This document shows positions 9,832 through 19,960 of a stretch of 64,000 nt of DNA, piece by piece. A model generated the notes under the pieces. The model was given only the letters and a program-made list of their open reading frames with translations. It had not been told where the DNA came from and made no database searches. The stretch is from Gemmatimonadota bacterium (GTDB taxonomy: Bacteria > Gemmatimonadota > Gemmatimonadetes > Longimicrobiales > Gaopeijiaceae), in assembly GCA_028874985.1 (NCBI GenBank), contig JAPPGI010000186.1, positions 14,596 to 78,595 on the forward strand, written 5' to 3'. Numbering within the stretch: the first letter of the stretch is position 1; the number at the start of each line of letters is the position of its first letter. The translations under genes and the position numbers were made by a program.

Positions 9832-11295
9832 TCAGCCCCCCTCCCTCCCCGCCGCCACCTCCTCCATCACCTCGCGAACCCGGTCTCCGAACCCCCGCGC
9901 CCGCTCCATCACCTCCTCCTCGTCCACGGTGAGTATCTCGCGGTCGCGCACCACCATCCGCCCGTTCACGATCACCGTGGTCACGTCGCTGCCGCGCGCC
10001 GCGTACACCAGGTGCGAATAGACGCGGTAGAGCGGTGTCATCCCCGGGCGCCGCGTGTCGACGAGCACGATGTCGGCGCGCTTGCCCGGCTCCAGCGACC
10101 CGATCTCCCCGTGCAGGTTCAGCACACGCGCCCCCCCCATGGTGGCCATGCGGAACACCGTCTCCGCGGGGAGCGCCGCCGGATCGCCCAGCATGAACTT
10201 CTGCAGCTTGGCGGCGGCGTCCATCTCGTCGAACATGTCGAGATCGTTGTTGCTGGCGGGTCCGTCGGTTCCCAGCCCCACCGGGATGCCGGCCGCGAGC
10301 GCCGCCGCCACCGGGGCCGCCCGCGCGACTCCCAGCTTCATGTTGCTCTGCGGGTTGTGCGCGATCCCGGCCCCGCTCGCCGCGAGGCGCTCGATGTCCT
10401 CGTCCGACAGGTAGATCGAATGCGCGAGCACCGTGCCCGGCCTGAGCGCGCCGATCGAGCCGAGGGCCTCGACGACGCCCATGCCCGTGAGTTCGCGGGC
10501 GGTCACGTCCTCCGAGGGGTCTTCGACCGCGTGGATCTGGAAGGGGGCGTCGTACCGCTCGGCAAGGCGGAAGGCGGCTTCGACGGCCTCGAGCGGCGTG
10601 GTGTAGAGGGCGTGGGCGGCGACCCCCGGGACGACGGTGGGGTGATCCCGGTACCGCTCCATGAACTCGGCCGCGTCGGCGAGCGAGGCCTCCGGGGTGG
10701 CGAAGTCGGGGGTGGGGAAGCCGATGACGTGCGGGCCGGTCACCGAGCGGATCCCGGCGTCGATCGTGGCCCGGGCCATGTCGTCGCGGAAGTAGTACAT
10801 GTCGGCGAAGGTGGTGGTTCCCCCCTTCAGCATCTCGACCGCGGAGAGCAGGGTTCCCCAGTAGACGAAGTCCGGCGCGACCAGCGCGGCTTCCGCGGGG
10901 AAGATGTAGTCGTTCAGCCACGTCATCAGGGGGAGATCGTCGGCGAGGCCGCGCAGCAGCGACATGGCGGCGTGGCCGTGGGCGTTGACCAGGCCCGGAA
11001 TGACCAGGTGGCCGGTGGCGTCGATGACCCGGACGCCGGTGGGGCGAGGTGCCCCCGCGCGGATCAGCGCGGAGATGCTGTCGCCCTCGACGACCACCGC
11101 GGCGCCTTCGAGGATGGTCCCTGCTTCGTCCATGACGACGACGGTGCCGCCGTCGATGAGGAGGGGGCCGTCGTGGGGGGCGGCGGCGGGGGCGTCGCCG
11201 CATCCCATGACCAGCAGGAGGGGCGGGAGAGGGAGCCGTGCGGTGGGCGCCGGGACGCGGGACGGGAGATGCTTGCGAAATGCGGGAATGACCAT
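9832..11295 (-). CDS. amidohydrolase family protein (MtaD/SAH-deaminase-like) with lipoprotein-type signal
   Basis: LVNAHGHAAMSLLRGLADDLPLMTWL metal-binding motif and HAVE/HSIY motifs. The N-terminus LPLPPLLLVMGCGD supports a start at 11295 (the ORF extends to 11343). Confidence 0.8.
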   Translation of the reverse strand: MVIPAFRKHLPSRVPAPTARLPLPPLLLVMGCGDAPAAAPHDGPLLIDGGTVVVMDEAGTILEGAAVVVEGDSISALIRAGAPRPTGVRVIDATGHLVIPGLVNAHGHAAMSLLRGLADDLPLMTWLNDYIFPAEAALVAPDFVYWGTLLSAVEMLKGGTTTFADMYYFRDDMARATIDAGIRSVTGPHVIGFPTPDFATPEASLADAAEFMERYRDHPTVVPGVAAHALYTTPLEAVEAAFRLAERYDAPFQIHAVEDPSEDVTARELTGMGVVEALGSIGALRPGTVLAHSIYLSDEDIERLAASGAGIAHNPQSNMKLGVARAAPVAAALAAGIPVGLGTDGPASNNDLDMFDEMDAAAKLQKFMLGDPAALPAETVFRMATMGGARVLNLHGEIGSLEPGKRADIVLVDTRRPGMTPLYRVYSHLVYAARGSDVTTVIVNGRMVVRDREILTVDEEEVMERARGFGDRVREVMEEVAAGREGG

Positions 11296-11593
11296 TGTGC
11301 GGTGCCCTGAATGGCGGCGGGTTGGGTGCCAACGACCGCTCAATGGTATCCGGTCGCAACCGTGCGTTTCAACCTTGGCTTAGCTTAGCAGCCCGGTGCC
11401 TCGCCGCTCTCGGTGCTCGCGGGGCCGCCCGTGGCCCCATGTTCCGTTTTGCGGCATGACCGGCTACAATGGACCCGGGCCGATCGGAGACAGGAACATT
11501 ACATCTGGGCGGTGTACCTATAGTGTAGCGGCGGGTTCCAGGCTTGCGGCCTGGGGTAGTCATCCGAAGACTGTGTGAGCAAGGAGAAGAAAA

Positions 11594-14128
11594 GTGCCGA
11601 TCCCGACCCCCTTCGCCAGCCATTTTCCGAACCGGGCGGCTGCCCGGTTTTCCCCCCGTCCGGTCGCGGCGGCGAGCGCTGCCGTTCTGCTCGCCGTAGC
11701 TGCGTGCGGCGAGCCCCTCCCGCCGCCCTCCGAACCAGCGTCTGTCAGGTTGCGGCCGCAAGAGGTGGAACTGACCGCCGCGGGAGAGACTGCGCAGATC
11801 ACCGCACTGGTGATAGACCAATACGGGGACACGCTCACCGACTACGACGCCCACTGGACCGTCAACGACACGATGGTTGCGACCCTAAGCCAGACCGGGC
11901 AGACCGGGCTGGTCCGCGCCGTCGCCTCCGGAGTCGCAACGATCAGGGCGACGGTGGAGTCGGTGGCCGGCGCTGCGGCTGTAACGGTGGACATCGATGT
12001 GGAGCGCGATGCGCTGGTGGCGCTGTACGAAGCAACCGGGGGCCCGACCTGGCGCAACGACAACGGGTGGCTGTCGGACGATCCGGTTTCGGACTGGCAC
12101 GGGGTTCAGGCCGACGGCAGCGGAGTGGTGGCGCTGAACCTCACCAACAACTTCCTTTCCGGTTCCCTCCCACCCGAGATCCGCAACCTCGCGGAACTGC
12201 GCACGCTCGCGCTGGGTGTCAACGAAATCAGCGGGTCCATCCCACCGGAACTGGGCGAACTGGAGAACCTCGAACGCCTGTACCTCGACGACAACGCGTT
12301 CTGGGGGGAGATCCCAGCGGAGCTTGAGAACCTCTCGCAGTTGAACGACCTGTGGCTGGGCGGAAACAAACTGGCCGGCCCGTTTCCCGTTCATCTGACT
12401 CGGCTGCCCAACCTGGAAAGACTGTCCCTGACGGGCAACCCGCACACGGGCGCGCTGCCCGATGAGATCGGTGTCATGGCCGGCCTTCGGAGGCTCCATC
12501 TGACGAACACCGGCCTGTCCGGTGTGCTCCCGACGAGCATGACCAACCTCCAGGATTTCGCCGAACTCATGTTGGGGGGCACGAAGCTGTGCGTGCCGGA
12601 CGATGACGACTTCAGGACCTGGCTCGAGGGCATCCCGAAGAGGCGGGTTCCCGCCTGCGTGTCCGGCGACGGATCGGCCGCCTATCTCACGCAGGCCTCA
12701 CAGTCCCGGGAATACCCCGTCCCGCTGGTCGCCGGCGAAAAGGCGCTGCTGCGGGTATTCGTGGTGGCTCCGGCCGCCAAGGGCGACACGATTCCACTCG
12801 TCCGGGCCACCTTCTACCTGGATGGGGAGGTGGAGGAGGTCGTGGAAATAGAGCCGGGTTCGTCGCTCATCGGAGATGAAGTGAACGAAGGGTCGCTGGA
12901 TGCGTCCGCCAACGTGGAGGTTCCGGCGTCCGCGATCAGGCCGGGCCTGGAAATGGTGGTGGAGATCGATCCCGACACGACGATGGACTCGGAGCTGGGC
13001 GTCGCGCAGCGCATTCCCGAAACGGGCCGCACGGCCGTCTCGGTGCGTCAGGTGCCGGACCTGGGATTGACCCTGATTCCCTTCCTGTGGGAAGAGGATC
13101 CGGACTCGGCGATCCTGGACATCACCGAGGACCTTTCCACCGACGACGAGCTGTTGTGGCAGATCAACGCGCTGCTGCCGGTGGCGGACATCGACCTGGA
13201 GATCCACGACGTCGTGTTGTCGTCGTCGAACAGCGCGTTTTCGCTGCTCAGTCAGACGGGTGCGATTCGCGTTGCGGAAGGTGGAAGCGGGTATTGGATG
13301 GGTACGATGTCGGGAAGCGTCACGGGGGCCGCCGGAGTCGCCTATGTACCCGGCTGGACCAGCTTTTCGATCCCGGACTCCGCAGTCATGGCTCACGAGC
13401 TCGGGCACAATCTCAGCCTCTACCACGCGCCCTGCGGCGGGGCGGCCGGCCCGGATCCATCGTTTCCGCAGCCCAACGGGACGATCGGTGCGTGGGGATA
13501 CGACTTCGAGTCCGGCGAACTGGTGGACCCGTCCACCCGCGATCTCATGTCGTACTGCGATCCGACCTGGATCAGCGAGTTCTATTTCACCAACTCGCTG
13601 CGCCACCGGCTGGACGTGGAGGTGGAGGAGTACGCGGCCCGGCGGGCTGCTCCGGTCCGGTCGCTCCTGATCTGGGGCGGGACGGACCCGAACGGAGTTC
13701 CGTACCTGGAGCCGGCGTTCGTGATGGATGCAATGCCACAACTGCCACGCTTCGGCGGGTCGTATCGGCTGAGGGGCGTTTCCGGGGACGGCGCCGAGCT
13801 GTTCGCGCTGGACTTCGACATGCCCGTCATCGCCGACGCGGAGGGCCGGGGATCGTTCGCGTTCACCGTGCCGGTACGGGCGGGGTGGGCGGATGAACTC
13901 CGCCGGATCACGCTCTCGGGGCCGAACGGATCCTTCACCGTGGACGCCGACACCGACAGCCCGGGCGCGATCGTGCGGGATGCGCACACCGGGAAGGTGC
14001 GGGGGATCTTCAGCGATCTGCCACCGGGTTCAACCGCGGCGGAGGTGCTCGCCGGCCGTGGCTTCGAGCCCGGCCTCGAGGTGTTCTTCAGCCGCGGCAT
14101 TCCGGACGCCGCGGAGTGGAGGCGCTGA
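11594..14128 (+). CDS. secreted Big_2 + leucine-rich-repeat + metzincin-type zinc metalloprotease fusion protein
   Basis: GTG start 7 nt after AAGGAG, with signal/lipobox LLAVAACG. One Big_2-like Ig domain. LRR N-cap ALVALYEATGGPTWRNDNGWLSDDPVSDWHGV. 24-residue repeats of the type LxxLxLxxNxLSGxIPxELGxL. C-terminal HELGHNLSLYH plus the Met-turn DLMSYC. Confidence 0.85.
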   Translation: MPIPTPFASHFPNRAAARFSPRPVAAASAAVLLAVAACGEPLPPPSEPASVRLRPQEVELTAAGETAQITALVIDQYGDTLTDYDAHWTVNDTMVATLSQTGQTGLVRAVASGVATIRATVESVAGAAAVTVDIDVERDALVALYEATGGPTWRNDNGWLSDDPVSDWHGVQADGSGVVALNLTNNFLSGSLPPEIRNLAELRTLALGVNEISGSIPPELGELENLERLYLDDNAFWGEIPAELENLSQLNDLWLGGNKLAGPFPVHLTRLPNLERLSLTGNPHTGALPDEIGVMAGLRRLHLTNTGLSGVLPTSMTNLQDFAELMLGGTKLCVPDDDDFRTWLEGIPKRRVPACVSGDGSAAYLTQASQSREYPVPLVAGEKALLRVFVVAPAAKGDTIPLVRATFYLDGEVEEVVEIEPGSSLIGDEVNEGSLDASANVEVPASAIRPGLEMVVEIDPDTTMDSELGVAQRIPETGRTAVSVRQVPDLGLTLIPFLWEEDPDSAILDITEDLSTDDELLWQINALLPVADIDLEIHDVVLSSSNSAFSLLSQTGAIRVAEGGSGYWMGTMSGSVTGAAGVAYVPGWTSFSIPDSAVMAHELGHNLSLYHAPCGGAAGPDPSFPQPNGTIGAWGYDFESGELVDPSTRDLMSYCDPTWISEFYFTNSLRHRLDVEVEEYAARRAAPVRSLLIWGGTDPNGVPYLEPAFVMDAMPQLPRFGGSYRLRGVSGDGAELFALDFDMPVIADAEGRGSFAFTVPVRAGWADELRRITLSGPNGSFTVDADTDSPGAIVRDAHTGKVRGIFSDLPPGSTAAEVLAGRGFEPGLEVFFSRGIPDAAEWRR

Positions 14129-14139
14129 CGGCCCCGCCG

Positions 14140-15549
14140 CTACCCCGCGTGCTTCGCGGCCAGCGCCTCCAGCCCGGCGTCGATCTCCGCGCGGCTCACC
14201 CACCGACCCCTCACCATCACCCCCACGCGGTCGAACAGGTTCACCAGGTCGTCGAGGGGGTTGGAGCCCAGGAGAACCAGATCCGCCCGCCGGCCCGGCG
14301 CGATCGTCCCGAAGTCGCCGTCGAGCCCGAGGTGCGAGGCCACGTATTCTCCCACGGTGACCGTCCCGCTCTTCAGGATCTCGTAGTTGGACATCCCCGC
14401 TTCGGCCATCACCTGCAGCTCCCGGTGCAGCGCGAATCCGGGCACGTTGAAGAGCTGCGGCGAGTCGGTCCCCATCAGGATCCCCGCGCCCGCGTCCGAC
14501 AGCATCCTGAGAATCCGCCTGCGCAGCCCGAGGTAGCGTTCGACGTCCTCCGGCGTCCCCCAACCGCCACCCGCCCGCCGCCGCCACCCCTCCCGCGTCC
14601 GGGCCGACACGTACCGCATCTCGGGCTGCCGCAACATCTCGTCGGGGTTCGGAGCGCCGTACAGGTTCTCCCACAGGTACATCGTCGGCACCACGTAGAC
14701 GTCGTGCTCGATGGTGAGCCGGACGATCTCCTCCAGCCCGGCTTCGTCCACGCCGTTCGCCAGCCCTCCGAGGCGGATCGGGCCGGCTCCCACCTGGGCC
14801 AGCACTCCTTCCGGCGCGATCGCCTGCACGTACCCGTCGAGATGGTCGACGGTGGACATGCCCGTCTCGATCGCGTGCACGAGCCCCACGTCGGCGGGGA
14901 CGTGGCCGGCCCAGGTGAGGCCCACCTCGCGGGCGACCCCCACCATGTGGTCCCACGTCTCCCGCGACACGCCGGGGTGGATCTTCTGCAGATGGTATCC
15001 GGCTTCGGCATGGGCGCGCACGAGTCTCTCCGCGGCCTCCGGCGCCGGGGCCGAGCGGCCGTTGATCGAGGGCGCGCCGACGTAGAAGTTGGGACCGAGC
15101 ACCTCGCCGCGTTCGATTTCGCCCGCCAGGGGTATCTGGTAGGCCGAACCGAGCATGCCCCGGATCGTGGTGATGCCGTTCGCGATGTACAGGAAGAGGA
15201 TGTCCTCGACCTCGTCCCGGGGCGGGTCGGCACCGGGCGGAACATGGGCGTGCATCTCGGCGAGTCCGGGCATGAGAAACCGGCCGCTTCCGTCGATCAC
15301 GTTGGCACCGGGGGGTATTTCGAGCGCGTCCGCCGCTCCGACCGCGAGAATCACACCGTCCCGGACGACGACGGTCTGGCCGGGCAACACTTCGTCCGAG
15401 GTCATGGGCAGGGTGGACACGCCGCTGAACGCCGTCAGGCCGGGGATGGCCGCGGGGGTCGTGTCCACGGGCGGCTGAGCCCTGCCGGGCGCGAATGCGG
15501 TCAGCGACATGGCCGCTGCCAGGGTTGCGGGTAGCCAGGTCTTCATCAT
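14140..15549 (-). CDS. secreted amidohydrolase family protein
   Basis: Start MMKTWLPATLAAAMSLTAFAPGRAQ (signal peptide) at 15549 inside ORF 14140..16005. Contains PGLAEMHAHVPPG and other amidohydrolase metal-ligand motifs. Confidence 0.8.
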   Translation of the reverse strand: MMKTWLPATLAAAMSLTAFAPGRAQPPVDTTPAAIPGLTAFSGVSTLPMTSDEVLPGQTVVVRDGVILAVGAADALEIPPGANVIDGSGRFLMPGLAEMHAHVPPGADPPRDEVEDILFLYIANGITTIRGMLGSAYQIPLAGEIERGEVLGPNFYVGAPSINGRSAPAPEAAERLVRAHAEAGYHLQKIHPGVSRETWDHMVGVAREVGLTWAGHVPADVGLVHAIETGMSTVDHLDGYVQAIAPEGVLAQVGAGPIRLGGLANGVDEAGLEEIVRLTIEHDVYVVPTMYLWENLYGAPNPDEMLRQPEMRYVSARTREGWRRRAGGGWGTPEDVERYLGLRRRILRMLSDAGAGILMGTDSPQLFNVPGFALHRELQVMAEAGMSNYEILKSGTVTVGEYVASHLGLDGDFGTIAPGRRADLVLLGSNPLDDLVNLFDRVGVMVRGRWVSRAEIDAGLEALAAKHAG

Positions 15550-15799
15550 CTTCGTGTCCGTCGTGTTCGGGTTCTTCCGGAGCGCGGCGTGACGGCCCCG
15601 GTTTTCCGCTCCATCATACGCAATATGCCGCTTGGCGGCAGGACCAGGGAGAAGCGGGATGGCGACGACCAGCCCATGGGAGTCCACGGGCTCATAGGAT
15701 CGCGGACATCCCCGAGTGCCGCTGGGTGGAGGCGCTGATTGTCCCGGGTGTCCCCGGGTGCTAGACTGGAGAAGAGGCCGAAGGAAGCAGGAGAATGAC

Positions 15800-16802
15800 A
15801 TGGCACTGGACATCGCTGCCTCGAAGCCGGCCGGCGGACACCGTCGGCAGCCCCGCCCTTCCACCGGGGGCGCCCTTCTCTTCCTGCTCACCGGTTTCGC
15901 GTGCGATGACGACCCCACCCTCCCCCCGCCGCCCGAACCGGCGTCGATCACGGTGAGCCCCGCGGAGGTGGTGTTCCGGGTTCTGCACGATACCACCCGC
16001 CTCACGGCGGTCGTACTCGACGAGGATGGTGACGTGATCGAGGACTACGATGTCGTGTGGTCGGCCGGTGACACGTCGGTGGCCACCGTGAGCGAGTCGG
16101 GGCTGGTCCGTGCCACGGGGGCCGGTGAAACCGCGGTCACCGCGACCGCGGATTCGGTGTCCGCCACCGCCGCGGTCACGGTGATCCTCGACCGTGACCG
16201 GGAAGCTCTGGTCGCGCTGTACGAGGCCACGGGCGGACCGGACTGGGTTTCCAGCGAGGGGTGGCTTTCGGACGCCCCCTTCTCGGATTGGCATGGAGTG
16301 GCGACGGACGACAACGGCCGGGTGGTCGAGATAGACCTCGGAGACAACGGCCTCGAGGGGACCATCCCGCCCGAGATCGAACACCTGACGGAACTGAGAA
16401 AACTGTGGCTGGGGGTGAACCGGCTGCGTGCCCCCATTCCGCCGGAGTTCGGCAACCTTTCCAAGCTCGAGCGGCTGAGGCTTTCCAGCAACGAATTCTC
16501 CGGTCCCCTTCCGCCGGAGTTCGGCAACCTCGCGCAACTGAAGACGCTGTCCGTTCGCGGCAACAACTTTTCCGGTTCCATTCCGCCCGAACTCGCCAAG
16601 CTGAAACGACTTGAAGTGCTGGGGCTTCAACGCAACGACTTTTCCGGTTCCATTCCGCCGGAACTCGGCGACATGGAGAACGCCATCGTTGTCGACCTCG
16701 GCGGGAACGCGCTGACCGGGGAGATCCCGCCGGAGCTGGGCGACCTCTCCCGTCTGACCTACCTCCTCCTGGGCGGCAACGGTCTGACGGGCCCGATTCC
16801 GG
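15800..16802 (+). pseudogene. Big_2 + LRR surface protein, 3' end lost at a palindromic junction
   Basis: Start MALDIAASK at 15800. One Big_2 domain, the same LRR N-cap (ALVALYEATGGPDWVSSEGWLSDAPFSDWHGV), and about 7 plant-type LRRs. Recognisable sequence stops at ...LTGPIPAESG. The remaining 37 codons to 16921 are the antisense of the opposing LRR gene. No C-terminal cap. Confidence 0.6.
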
Positions 16803-16814
16803 CGGAATCGGGCC
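16790..16814. repeat. perfect 11-bp inverted repeat GGCCCGATTCC-GGC-GGAATCGGGCC at the collision point of two convergent LRR genes
   Basis: Read directly: 16790..16800 is the reverse complement of 16804..16814. The flanks (16784..16820) are near-palindromic because both strands encode L(T/S)GPIP(A/P)E. Confidence 0.95.
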
Positions 16815-18422
16815 TGACAGATTGTTCCAGCCGAGTTCGAGAATTTCCAGACTCTCAAGGTTCCCCAGCCCGGCCGGGATCGAGCCCGTCAGCGAATTCT
16901 CGCCGAGGTCCAGGACCCTGAGTCGGTTGAGGGTTCCGAGCCCGGGGGGAATCGGACCGGTCAGCCCCGCCCCGAGTTGCGGTCCGGGATCCGGGTATGC
17001 GGGAAACGCGCAGATGCCTTCATCGTCCGCTTTGCGCGGAGCGTAGGGCGCCGCCCGGGTCACACCGTTGCCGCCCAGGTCGAGCACCTCGAGTGTCTCG
17101 AGAATGCCGATATCCGCTGGAATCGCGCCCTCCAACCCGTTGTCGCTCAGGTCGAGTTCCGTGATCCGCCCGTCTTCATCCGTCGTCACTCCGTACCACT
17201 CGTCCAGCGGCGCGTCCGTGCCCCAGTTCTCGCTGCTCGCCCAGCCGGGGCCGCCCAGCGCGTCGTAGAGCTTCCCGAGTTCTTCCCGCGGCTCGAACAC
17301 CCACATCATGGCAGTGCGCGCGAGCATGGAGCCCGCCTCCGTGACCGTCACCTCGGACGACCCCTTCGCCACCGCCCGCACCAGTCCCTCCGCATCCACC
17401 GAGGCGACCGAACCGTCCCCGGACGACCAGACGAACTCCGCGTTGGTCAGCAGGTGCCCGTTCGCGTCGGTCGCCTCCGCCGACAGGCGTACCGTGTCCG
17501 GCGCGAGCAGCGTGTCCCTCAGTGGCCACATGCGCATGTCGGCCGCCCGCTGCCAAACCGTGATCGTCGCGCTCCCGGTCACGTCGTCGTACGAAGCCGC
17601 CACCTCGGCCGATCCGTTCGACACCGCCGCCGCGAGCCCCGTGCCGTCCACGGCCACCACCGAGTCGTCGCCCGACGCCCATGTGAACTCCGCGCCCGCC
17701 ACCGGGTGGCCGTTCGCGTCGAGCGCCGCCGCCGTGAGCCGCGCCGTGTCCCCGAGGGCTCTCAGGGTATCCGTCGGCGGCGTCACCGTAACCTCGGCCG
17801 TCCGCTGGTCGACGGTCACCTCCACACCTCCCGAAACGCCGTCCGTCGCGGCCGTCACACGCGCGCTCCCCGGCCCCGCCGCCGTCACCAGGCCGGCGGC
17901 ATCCACCGTCAGCACCGCTTCGTCGTCCGACGCCCAGGTGAAGGCCGCCTCCTCCACCGGATGGCCGTTCGCGTCGAACGCCTCCGCCGACAGCCGGACC
18001 GTGTCCCCGATCGCCACCAGCGTGTCCAGGGCGGACGTCACCCGCACCTCCGCCGGTTGCTGCCGGGTCGTCATCGTCGCGGTCGCCACGGCCTCGCCCA
18101 CCGCAGCCTCCACCGTCGTCGCCCCGTTCCCGGCCGCCGTGACGAGACCCCCGCTCGTCACCGTCGCCACCGCCGGGTCGCGGCTCGTCCAGGTGACCGA
18201 AACATCGGTCATGTCGTCGCCGTACTGGTCCTGCACCGTCGCCGACAGCTGAACCGTATCGCCGATCGAGGCGAACGTTGCGGTGCCGGGCGAAATCGTG
18301 ATCGTCGTGGCGACCGGTGGATCCACGGGATCGTCGCCGCATCCTCCGGCCGCGGTCACCACCGTGAGTGCGAGCGCGCCCGCCCACATCCTCCAGCCCC
18401 AATGCTTCGTCCGGTCCACCAT
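16803..18422 (-). pseudogene. 4x Big_2 + LRR surface lipoprotein, 3' end lost at a palindromic junction
   Basis: Start MVDRTKHWGWRMWAGALALTVVTAAGGCGDD at 18422. Four Big_2-like repeats, an LRR N-cap (LGKLYDALGGPGWASSENWGTDAPLDEWYGV), then LRRs ending ...LSGPIPPESG. The rest of ORF 16176..18422 is Arg/Pro-rich antisense of the plus-strand LRR gene. Confidence 0.6.
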
Positions 18423-18613
18423 GAACGCTTCTCCTGTCTCGGTTCAGCCATCGGGTGTTCTCGTGGTACGACTTTCCGTCCGCCCGATCGAGGCCCGCCG
18501 CTGCGGCTGTTCCGGGCAGGCGGACCGGGCCGGTGGCTTAAGCTAAACTGCTTTTCCGGCGACGGTTAACTACCGAAGGCCCGGAGCGCCTTCTAGCCCG
18601 GCCGCACGGCTCC

Positions 18614-19875
18614 TCAACCGGAAGACGGCTCCGGCTTCAGGATCGTGGCTCGCACCACGTACAGCACCCCGGTTTCATCACTGGTGACACCGTAGAGGAC
18701 TCCGCCGCGCACTATCGGCTCGGGAGTCGACCACCCCAGCTCGAAGGGAAGGTGGAGCAACCCGAGGTAGCGCCCCTGGGCTTCGAACAGGTCGAAGAGG
18801 CGGCCCCTGTCGTCCTCGTCAGCGGCCGCAACCTCCCGTTCGACCCACAGGTTGCCCTCATCGTCGATGAAGAAGGACGCCGTGGAGGGCTTGGACCGCG
18901 GAAACTTCGACCGGTCGATCCGTCCGCCCTGACTGGTGAACCACTCGAGGTCCTCGATCGCCTTCTCCCGCTCTTCGTCCGTAACGGGAATCGGCTCGTG
19001 TTCCTTCGTAACCCTCAGCAGCACGTCTCCGCCGGTGGTCATCTCCGTCAGCTCGTAGCGGTCGGTCAGGAGTGTCCACACGGTTCCCGCCGGCGAGAAG
19101 CGCCACGCCATCGATCCCTGGAAGGGGACGGCCGCACTCATCCTCGGCGTTTCGAAGAACTCTACGTCCAGGGGATTCTCGGGTACGGGGATCGTATCGA
19201 TCGGGGCGAAGGACTGGTCGAAACGCGCCATCCTGCGCTCGCCTCCGGAGATGAGCACCACGTTGTAGCGGCCCATCGGGTCGAACCCACCGCGGTACGG
19301 CTTCATGATGAAGCCCGCGGTGTTGGTCCGCTGCTGCCTCAGGTGATGAAGCCCGCGGTGTTGGTCCGCTGCTGCCTCAGGTAGGTCCCCGCGGTATCGA
19401 AGATCGAGACGCGCCCCTGCCTCATCCCCATCACCCAGATCTCGCCGTTCCGCGAGAGGTCGACCGAACCGGCCTGCATGAACTCCCCCGGTCCCTCGCC
19501 CCTGCTCCCGACCGTGCGAACGAAGGTGCCGTCGGAGTCGAAGAGGCGGACCTCCTGCGCGTGGTCGTCGAGGACGAAGAAGCGGCCCCACGCATCGACA
19601 TCGAAGGACAGGACGGCCCCGAACAGATCGGGACCCTCGCTCATGGCTCTCCCGATCCGCAGTTCCTCGACCACCTGCCACTCTTCGCCGGGTGCCCAGA
19701 GCGGCTCGCCGGTGTTGTGGACGACGATGCCGCCGCCGCCGGCGTCGGAGCCGGAACCGCAGGCTGTGAGGAACAGGGGGAGAAGCGCGGCCAGCGGTCC
19801 GTGGGAGTGCCTTCCACGCCCCGCGGCGCCGCGGTGATGGATCCCGGGAGCGGACGATGTGACTGTTGCGGGCAT
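18614..19875 (-). pseudogene. 6-bladed beta-propeller family lipoprotein disrupted by a 38-bp tandem duplication
   Basis: The N-part (ORF 19339..20067, start at 19875, lipobox LFLTACGSG, GSRGEGPGEF motif) ends ...LRQQRTNTAGFI. The C-part (ORF 18614..19681) resumes at LRQQRTNTAGFIMKPYRGG. The span is 1262 nt; minus 38 nt this gives 1224 nt, an intact 407-codon frame. Confidence 0.8.
19297..19372. repeat. exact 38-bp tandem duplication (2 copies)
   Basis: GATGAAGCCCGCGGTGTTGGTCCGCTGCTGCCTCAGGT occurs at 19297..19334 and again at 19335..19372. Confidence 0.95.
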
Positions 19876-19960
19876 GGCGATGGCACCGTGGGTTGGGTGT
19901 GGCGGAGACGGAGACTGGCTGTCGATACGCATTCGGGGTCCGTGTGGGTTCGGTGGGGGG

